The notes below the pieces were generated by a model that was given only the letters and a program-made list of their open reading frames with translations, was not told where the DNA came from and did no database searches. A program made the position numbers and the translations under genes. This document shows, in pieces, positions 57,835-64,000 of a stretch of 64,000 bases of DNA. The stretch spans positions 2,271 to 66,270 of the forward strand of contig VGZC01000015.1 in NCBI GenBank assembly GCA_016872725.1, written 5' to 3'. Source of the DNA: Planctomycetota bacterium (GTDB lineage Bacteria > Planctomycetota > Planctomycetia > Pirellulales > Pirellulaceae). Within the stretch, counting starts at the first letter, position 1, and every line of letters starts with the position of its first letter.

Positions 57835-59385
57835 ATGCCGGCTCACACATGCCCACGGAAACAGGCTTGGTACGCCGAGCCGTCGCTTCGACGCCGAGCC
57901 GCTTGCCTGTTCGTGCTCGTCGCCATCCTGACCGCCGCGCCGCGCGCGGGCGCGACGCAGCCGCTCAGCCCGTCGTCGAGCGACAAGGTGATCGCCGCCA
58001 TCAAGAGGAAAGGATACAAGCGGGTCGCCGTGCTGCCCCAGGCTCTCGTCCGGCAGAAGGAGAAGCGGCCTGACGGGGAAAAAGACCTTGTCGTGAAGAA
58101 CACGGTCGGACCGCTCAGTACGGTTTGGGCGAGCGAACTTTACGAGGAGCTCGTGAACGCGTCGGGCGAGGGATTCGACGTCGTGCCTCAGGAAGCCGTG
58201 CTCAACGCGCTGAACGGACGACGACTTTCCGACGTCGGATCCGAGGAACTCTGGGACCTGATCATGAAGCGCACGGGCGCCGATTCACTCGTCTACCCGA
58301 CGGTGATCGACCCGGGTCCCGAACACGGCGGAAAATCCGGTTCCGATAAGCTGCCGGTCAAGCTCATCGGCGTCGATCTGAGCCGGAAATCGGCCTTTAG
58401 TTCCCAATCTCGGGACCATACAAAATCGCTGAGCGATGCCGCGTATTGCGGCGAGAGTTTCGTCGTGCGCGAATGGAAGGACGGGAAGATCGAAGCGACG
58501 GGGTTGCTCGACGGCGACAAATGGGGACTGGGGCTCGCGGCCGAGCGTGAACAATACGCGAACCTGATCGGCGGGCTTGGCCATCCGATCGCGCGCGACG
58601 GATTCCCGTACGGCGTCGGCGTGGTGGTCGACGGCGAGACGCGCGATCCGGTCGCGATCGACGGACGTCTCTTTGTGCCCCTGTCGGTGGGCGAAAAGTA
58701 CCAGCTCCGGATTTGGAACCGCGGGGAAGAGACCACGTACGCCGCCGTCTATATCGACGGCGTCAATACGATCGGCCAGAAACGCGAACGGCCGAGCGAT
58801 ACGGACACGAATCGCACATGGTGGCTCCGGTCCACCAACCGTCGAGCGGCGACGATCGAGGGTTGGTTCAATCACAACCTGGACACCAATCAGCGCGCCA
58901 AGGTCGATGAATTCGTCGTGGTTGGAGCCGACAAGTCGATCGCGAGGGAAAGCGGCGACACGCTCCCGGGGAACGAGTCGTTCGGCGCGTCGATCGGCAT
59001 GATCACGGCCATTTTTTATACGTATGGGACCGAAAACATCCCCGTCACGCGATCGGCCAAACTACCGCCCGAGTCGTCGATCGGAACAGGTCGAGGCGCC
59101 GCGATCGACAGCCGGATCTCGGGAAATCCAAGACGCGGAGATCGCGATCTACCGGCAGGATTTCAATCTGTATCCGGCCTTCTTCTGGCACACAGACGAG
59201 TCCGCCGACTCAATCGGATTGCGCGAGGCGCGCTACATCGAGGGCCTTTACGCGTATCTCGATGCCTTGACCGATCGCAACCCCGGTCTGATCCTCGACA
59301 ACTGCGCCTCGGGCGGACGGCGACTCGATTTCGAAATGATGCGACGCTGCGTCGCGCTGTGGCGGAGCGACAGTTGTTGGGATGA
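57835..59385 (+). CDS. secreted hypothetical protein (LpoB/CsgG/TolB_N-like N-terminal domain + beta-sandwich region); 3' end apparently chimeric, reading out of frame into a glycosidase remnant
   Basis: ATG at 57835 after GGAGA; signal-like LFVLVAILTAAPRAGA. Protein-like composition runs up to about 59095 (…IGTGRG). From there to the stop at 59385 it becomes R-rich nonsense, while the +1 frame carries clear GH36 similarity. Confidence 0.55.
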   Translation: MPAHTCPRKQAWYAEPSLRRRAACLFVLVAILTAAPRAGATQPLSPSSSDKVIAAIKRKGYKRVAVLPQALVRQKEKRPDGEKDLVVKNTVGPLSTVWASELYEELVNASGEGFDVVPQEAVLNALNGRRLSDVGSEELWDLIMKRTGADSLVYPTVIDPGPEHGGKSGSDKLPVKLIGVDLSRKSAFSSQSRDHTKSLSDAAYCGESFVVREWKDGKIEATGLLDGDKWGLGLAAEREQYANLIGGLGHPIARDGFPYGVGVVVDGETRDPVAIDGRLFVPLSVGEKYQLRIWNRGEETTYAAVYIDGVNTIGQKRERPSDTDTNRTWWLRSTNRRAATIEGWFNHNLDTNQRAKVDEFVVVGADKSIARESGDTLPGNESFGASIGMITAIFYTYGTENIPVTRSAKLPPESSIGTGRGAAIDSRISGNPRRGDRDLPAGFQSVSGLLLAHRRVRRLNRIARGALHRGPLRVSRCLDRSQPRSDPRQLRLGRTATRFRNDATLRRAVAERQLLG

Positions 59386-59908
59386 TGCGAATTACCCGCG
59401 CAACGCGCAGGCGATGACGCACGGTCTTTCACACTGGCTGCCCCTTCATGGACTCGGTTCGCGTTCGGCCGACGAAACGGCTCTGAGGAGCGGCATGGGT
59501 GCCTGCGTTTCCTACGCGATCGACTTCAACGAGGATTCGCGGGTCGCTTCGCTCCGCCGGCATTTGGATCGTTTCCGCGAGGTCCGCTCGCTCTTCGCGG
59601 CGGACTATTATCCGCTCACGCCGTGGACCACGGATCCCAGCAAGTGGCTGGCGTTCCAGTTTCATGATCCCGATCAGGGCAAGGGAATCGTCCAGATCTT
59701 TCGAGGCGCCGGTGATTCGGAGGCTCGATTGGATGTCTATCCATCGGGTCTGGAACCCGATCGGCGCTATGCCGTGCGGGACTGGGACCAAGAGGCGGTC
59801 GAGGAGCGGACGGGGCGTGCGTTGTCGGAGTCCGGTCTCCCATGCCGTTCCGACGGACGGTCGAATGTGGCGTTTGTGTTTGAGTATGAGGAGGTCCCAA
59901 GTCGCTGA
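59123..59908 (+). pseudogene. C-terminal remnant of a GH36 (melibiase-type) alpha-galactosidase lacking start codon and N-terminal/nucleophile region
   Basis: The frame of listed ORF 59024..59908 shows IYRQDFN..., LDNCASGGRRLDFEMMRR...LWRSD, matching the GH36 block xNCxSGGGRxD...W(T)SD. No upstream KWD nucleophile region or plausible start is present. The preceding ~33 codons are R/S/P-rich filler. Confidence 0.6.
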
Positions 59909-60068
59909 TCGCTCGGCGATCAGCCTGCCCGCGTATCGAGTCCGTTTTGGGGGTTCGGTGGTTCGCGGAGTGAACCACGACTTTGTCGCTGATCGCTCGG
60001 CGATCAGCCTGCCCGCGTATCGAGTCCGTTTTGGGGGTTCGGTGGTTCGCGGAGCGAACCACGACTTG
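59901..60068. repeat. tandem direct duplication, 2 x 84 bp (2 mismatches), each unit carrying two 9-bp-stem hairpins
   Basis: Copy 1 is 59901-59984 and copy 2 is 59985-60068. They differ at 59971 T vs C and in the last base. Hairpin A is GCTGATCGC-TCG-GCGATCAGC (59904-59924). Hairpin B is GTGGTTCGC-GGA-G(T/C)GAACCAC (59958-59978). The same elements recur 84 nt later. Confidence 0.95.
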
Positions 60069-60084
60069 GGGGAGTTTTTCCACG

Positions 60085-60927
60085 ATGGCATTGACGTTGG
60101 ATCTTGCCGGAAAACGCACGCTGGTCACGGGCGCCGGCACGGGGATCGGACGGGAAATCGCGATTGAATGCGCGCGGGCCGGCGCGGATGTGGTCGTGCA
60201 TTACGCGCACGATGAGCAGGGCGCGCGGTCGGCGGTCGACGCGATCCGCGCGATGGGCCGCCGGGGCGAATCGATCCAAGCCGATTTCGACTCGCCCCAC
60301 GCCGCGATCGAGCTCGGCGATCGGGCCGTCGCCGCGCTCGGCGGCATCGATTGTCTCGTCAACAACGCGGGAATCACGTTCAACCGCCCGCTCGCGGATG
60401 TCGAACCCGAACAGTTCGACCGCCTCTACGCGGTCAATGTCCGAGCGCCCTTCTTCCTGACGCGGCGCATCGCGGCCGACATGCGGAACCGAGGATCGGG
60501 CGCGATCTGCAACATCGCGTCGATCCACGGCCTTTCGGGCGCGCCCGAACACGCCGTCTATGCCGGTACCAAAGGCGCGATCATCGCGCAGACGCGGGCG
60601 CTCGGCGTGGAACTCGCCCATCACGGAATCCGCGTGAATGCCGTCGCTCCCGGATGGGTCACCGTCGAGAACTACCACAAGGCGATCCCCGGGTTCACCG
60701 ACGAGTCCGCGCGAAAAACGGCGTCTGAGAAAATACCGCTCGGCCGATCCGGCGAGAAACGCGAGATCGCCTCGCTTGTGGTCTTCCTTTGCTCCGATCA
60801 CGCGGCCTACATTGTCGGACAGACGATCGTCGCCGACGGGGGAACGACCGCGCTCATGTCGCTCATATCGGACTTCCGCGCCGCGTCCTCGTCGCGATTC
60901 GGAATCGGATACGTGCCGGGGGTCTGA
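60085..60927 (+). CDS. SDR family oxidoreductase (FabG/glucose-dehydrogenase-like)
   Basis: ATG at 60085. TGAGTGIGREIA cofactor motif, NNAG, and the catalytic S...YxxxK (YAGTKGA); 280 aa. Confidence 0.85.
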   Translation: MALTLDLAGKRTLVTGAGTGIGREIAIECARAGADVVVHYAHDEQGARSAVDAIRAMGRRGESIQADFDSPHAAIELGDRAVAALGGIDCLVNNAGITFNRPLADVEPEQFDRLYAVNVRAPFFLTRRIAADMRNRGSGAICNIASIHGLSGAPEHAVYAGTKGAIIAQTRALGVELAHHGIRVNAVAPGWVTVENYHKAIPGFTDESARKTASEKIPLGRSGEKREIASLVVFLCSDHAAYIVGQTIVADGGTTALMSLISDFRAASSSRFGIGYVPGV

Positions 60928-61889
60928 TGCGGAAGTTTGTCGAGTCCATCCGGAGACTATGGGCGATTCCCGAGGCGGGCATCCTCGCTCCGCTCGTGGT
61001 TTGCGCCGTCGTCTTCCAATCGATCAACCCGACGTTTCTCGGCGAAAGCAGCGTCTCCGCCATCCTGCGCGCCATGGCGTTCGTCGGGATGATCGCCGTC
61101 GGGCAAACGTGGTTGATGATCTCCGGCGGCATCGATTTGTCGGTGGGGTCGGTCGCCGGACTCTGCGCGATCACCGCGTCATGGTTGATGAAGGCCCAAG
61201 GATGGCCGGTTCCCGCCGGAATCGCGGCCGGGCTGGCGGTCGGAGCGGCCGCGGGGCTGATCAACGGCGTGCTGTCGGTTCGGATCGGCATCCCGGCGTT
61301 TATCGCGACGCTCGGCATGCTCTACGTCGCGCGCGGACTCAACTACCTCTTGTGCAAGGGATACCCGATCTATCCGATCCCCGACGCGCTCAAGGAGTTC
61401 GGCCGAGCCGAACCGCTCGGCCTTTCCTGGGCGTTCCTGCTCTTCGCGGCTCTGGTCGTACTCGCCGACCTGTGCCTTCGCAGGACGGTGTACGGCCGCA
61501 TGGTCTACGCGACGGGAGGCAACGTCGAAGTCGCGGCGATCGCGGGCATTCCGACGACGCGTGTCCGGATCGCCTGCTATGTGTTCACGGGCGCGCTGGC
61601 CGCCGCCGCCGGCATCCTGCTCATGTGTCAGCTCAACGTCGGCCAGCCCGAGATCGGCACCGGGTGGGAACTCGACGTCATCGCGAGCGTCGTCATCGGA
61701 GGCGTCAGCCTGTTCGGAGGCGTGGGTACCGTGGTCGGGACGTTCCTCGGGCTCCTGTTGATGCAGGTTGTCCGGAGCGGGCTCGTCGTCGCCGGCGTGA
61801 ATACGCACTGGCAGACGGTCGCGGTCGGAGTCATCATGGTCGTCGCGGTCGGCGTCGACCTGCTGCGGCGGCGCACCAAGATCTCGTGA
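60927..61889 (+). CDS. sugar ABC transporter permease (RbsC/branched BPD_transp_2 type)
   Basis: ATG at 60927 overlaps the SDR TGA by 1 nt (TGATG); 320 aa. GQTWLMISGGIDLSVGSV and ATGGNVEVAAIAGIP are typical of ribose-type permeases. Confidence 0.85.
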   Translation: MRKFVESIRRLWAIPEAGILAPLVVCAVVFQSINPTFLGESSVSAILRAMAFVGMIAVGQTWLMISGGIDLSVGSVAGLCAITASWLMKAQGWPVPAGIAAGLAVGAAAGLINGVLSVRIGIPAFIATLGMLYVARGLNYLLCKGYPIYPIPDALKEFGRAEPLGLSWAFLLFAALVVLADLCLRRTVYGRMVYATGGNVEVAAIAGIPTTRVRIACYVFTGALAAAAGILLMCQLNVGQPEIGTGWELDVIASVVIGGVSLFGGVGTVVGTFLGLLLMQVVRSGLVVAGVNTHWQTVAVGVIMVVAVGVDLLRRRTKIS

Positions 61890-61908
61890 TCGTTTCTCGG
61901 AGTCCACC

Positions 61909-62895
61909 ATGAAATCGACTCGATCGATGCGGATGTTGGCCGCCTGCTTCTTGTTGATGGCCGTCGCCGCGTGCGGCCCGCGTTCGACCGGGACAAGTAA
62001 CCCGGCCACGACCAAGAAGAAGTTCTATTGGGTCCAGGGCCTCAAGGGCCATCCGGTCCATCAGTTGACGCAAATCGCGTTTCTCGAAGGATGCCGGGAA
62101 TTTGGATACGACGGAGAGATCATCGGCGCCGACAATGACGATCTGAGCTCGACGATCGCCCTCGCCGAACAGGCGCTCGCCAAAGGCGACGCGGCCGGTA
62201 TGGCCGTTTGGACAGGCAATCCGGGTTGGAATCCGTTCATCGAAAAGGCAGCGCGGACCGGATTGCCGATCGTGCTCCCGCATTTTCCGTCGCCTGAAGG
62301 ATCGGTACCCGGCGCGTCGGGAATCATCAGTTGCGATCCAGCCGCATACGCGGCCGAAGCGGCGAAGGAAATCGGCAAGGCGATCGGGGGTAAGGGGGCC
62401 GTCGCCGTGACGCAAGGCTCGTTCAACTCGACCGAGAATCTGGTCGCCGTGACATTCGCGAAGACGTTGGGCGATCTCTATCCCGACGTCAAGGTGCTCG
62501 AACCGCAGGAGGAGACGTTCGACGCGCCCAAGGCGATTGCCCGCGCGGTTTCCATTCTCCAGGCGAACCCCGATGTCGTCGCGGCCCTTTCGACTACGGG
62601 GAACGGAGCCACGACCTGGTCGGGCGCGCAGCGCGAGACGGGGAAATCGCTTGTCGTGGTCTCGATGGACTACACGCGAGTCAATCTCGACCTGGTCAAG
62701 GATGGTTCGATTCACGCCGTGATCGCCCAACCTCTTTGGGAAGAGTCGTTTGGGGCCGCCGAACTCCTCGACCGGATTGTGCGGGGCGAATCGATCCCCT
62801 GGTGGACGAAACTGACCGCGCCGTTCCTGACACGGGAAAAGACGGGGCCGTATTACGCATTGATCGACAAGGTCGAGGCGGCCATCGCGCGCTAG
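61909..62895 (+). CDS. sugar ABC transporter substrate-binding lipoprotein (periplasmic binding protein type I)
   Basis: Signal plus lipobox LLMAVAAC|G; 328 aa with a Peripla_BP-like alternating pattern. Confidence 0.75.
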   Translation: MKSTRSMRMLAACFLLMAVAACGPRSTGTSNPATTKKKFYWVQGLKGHPVHQLTQIAFLEGCREFGYDGEIIGADNDDLSSTIALAEQALAKGDAAGMAVWTGNPGWNPFIEKAARTGLPIVLPHFPSPEGSVPGASGIISCDPAAYAAEAAKEIGKAIGGKGAVAVTQGSFNSTENLVAVTFAKTLGDLYPDVKVLEPQEETFDAPKAIARAVSILQANPDVVAALSTTGNGATTWSGAQRETGKSLVVVSMDYTRVNLDLVKDGSIHAVIAQPLWEESFGAAELLDRIVRGESIPWWTKLTAPFLTREKTGPYYALIDKVEAAIAR

Positions 62896-62942
62896 GTGCG
62901 CCGAGCGATTCCTTCTTCCCTTTTTCATCTTGATCGCAGACC

Positions 62943-64000
62943 GTGACGACGCGACTCCAAGACGCCGCCGCGACGCCGTTCGCGCTCGAAATGCTCGGGA
63001 TCACCAAGCGGTTTCCGGGTGTGCTCGCCCTGTCGGATGTGACGATCCAAGTGCGGCGGCGGCAAGTCCACGCGCTGGTCGGCGAAAATGGAGCGGGCAA
63101 GTCGACGTTGATGAAGATCCTCGACGGCGTCTACGCGGCCGGAACGTTTCAAGGCTCGATTCGCCTCGACGGACGGCCGATCGCCATGCGGTCTCCGGCC
63201 GACGCGAAGACGCTGGGGATCGGTTACGTCCCGCAGGAAATCACGGTCCTCGACAACCTCACCGTCGCGGAAAACGTTTTCGTCGGCGCGTGGAATGGTC
63301 GAGGCGCGCGGTTCGTGCGGTTCCCGCGGCTGTTCGATCGGGCCGCCGCGCTGCTTGAGCGAAACGGCATCCAACTCGATCCGCGCCGCGCCGTCGCGAC
63401 GCTCAACGCAAGCCAACGGCAATTGGTCATGATCGCGCGGGCGCTCGCCGACGATCCGGTCGTCTTGATCCTCGACGAGGCGACGGCGTGCCTGACGCGG
63501 GACGAGTCGCGGACCCTGTTCCGGATCGTGGAACGGCTCCGGGACCGCGGGATGACGACCGTTCTGATCACGCACAAGCTGGCGGAGCTGTTTGAAATCG
63601 CCGACCGCGCGACCGTGCTCCGCGACGGAACCGTGGCCGCCGAATTCGACCGATCGGCGTTCGACGAACGGCGTATTGTCGCGGCCATGATCGGGCGGAC
63701 GCTCGACGCGTTCTATCCCACGCGGGATTCGCGGATCGGCGACGGCGAGGCGATCCGGGTCGAGCGGATCACGGTACCCCATCCGCATGTGGCGCGGCGC
63801 AATGTGGTCGAGGACGTGTCGTTCTCGGTGTGGCGGGGCGAGATCCTCGGGCTCGGAGGACTTGTCGGATCCGGCCGCAGCGAAGTCGTGAACGCGATCT
63901 ACGGCCGGATCCCGTCGCGCGGATCGGTGTGGGTGGACGGACGAAAGGTCGTCATCCGGAATTCATTCGACGCGAAACGGCATGGAATCGGCCTCTTGAC
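62943..64000 (+). CDS. sugar ABC transporter ATP-binding protein (RbsA/MglA-like, two ABC domains); 3' end outside window
   Basis: Not in the supplied ORF track because no stop occurs before the window ends. I translated it by hand: GTG at 62943 (ATG at 62991 is the alternative), Walker A GENGAGKST, signature LNASQRQLV, Walker B VLILDEAT. A second domain begins with RGEILGLGGLVGSGRSE. Confidence 0.8.
   Translation, partial: MTTRLQDAAATPFALEMLGITKRFPGVLALSDVTIQVRRRQVHALVGENGAGKSTLMKILDGVYAAGTFQGSIRLDGRPIAMRSPADAKTLGIGYVPQEITVLDNLTVAENVFVGAWNGRGARFVRFPRLFDRAAALLERNGIQLDPRRAVATLNASQRQLVMIARALADDPVVLILDEATACLTRDESRTLFRIVERLRDRGMTTVLITHKLAELFEIADRATVLRDGTVAAEFDRSAFDERRIVAAMIGRTLDAFYPTRDSRIGDGEAIRVERITVPHPHVARRNVVEDVSFSVWRGEILGLGGLVGSGRSEVVNAIYGRIPSRGSVWVDGRKVVIRNSFDAKRHGIGLL

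Noticed and set aside
59901-60068. Possible CRISPR array or att-site duplication
   Set aside because: There are only two units, directly abutting with no spacers, and no cas genes. No integrase or mobile-element genes flank it, so an att duplication has no support.
59429-60091. 220-aa minus-strand ORF with a repeated SWF(A/T)PRTTEPPKRTRYAGRLIAERSAT peptide
   Set aside because: The peptide repeat is simply the translation of the 84-bp DNA duplication. The rest of the ORF is antisense to the GH36 remnant.

Overview
GC-rich bacterial chromosome segment. It is probably from Planctomycetota: this is an inference from finding DUF1559 pseudopilin-like paralogues, DUF1501 and DUF1598 proteins together, with many TAT or lipoprotein signals and long R/A/G-rich spurious antisense ORFs. 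I support about 48 protein-coding genes, one tRNA-Leu(GAG), one gene remnant and several repeat or hairpin elements. I saw no rRNA, CRISPR array, transposase, integrase or prophage genes.

Most content is housekeeping or transport:
- Replication and maintenance: dnaE, scpA, hemW.
- Branched-chain amino acid genes: ilvH-ilvC.
- Redox genes: a two-gene pyruvate:ferredoxin oxidoreductase and pntAA-pntAB-pntB.
- Transporters: SSS, MFS, OPT, APC, DAACS, MATE, NupG-like and a sugar ABC system.
- Signalling: two Ser/Thr kinases and a GAF-PP2C phosphatase.

The parts that look non-standard are:
1. A tightly packed minus-strand operon joins DUF1559 pseudopilin-like/lipoprotein modules to a BNR sialidase-like protein and a PhoPQ-related hydrolase (46.7-52.8 kb).
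2. An uninterrupted 34-nt poly-C tract sits upstream of a GtrB/ArnC-like glycosyltransferase (27048-27081).
3. An 84-bp exact tandem duplication with two hairpins per unit (59901-60068) lies next to a deletion scar. The scar fuses a secreted protein gene out of frame to the C-terminal half of a GH36-type alpha-galactosidase.
4. ilvH-ilvC is translationally coupled to a 92-aa protein, a radical SAM enzyme and a 2-TM mini-protein.
5. One Ser/Thr kinase carries a degenerate receiver domain.
6. An alpha/beta hydrolase and a membrane protein overlap by ATGA.

All family assignments come from reading the translations and from memory of the families. No database search was run.
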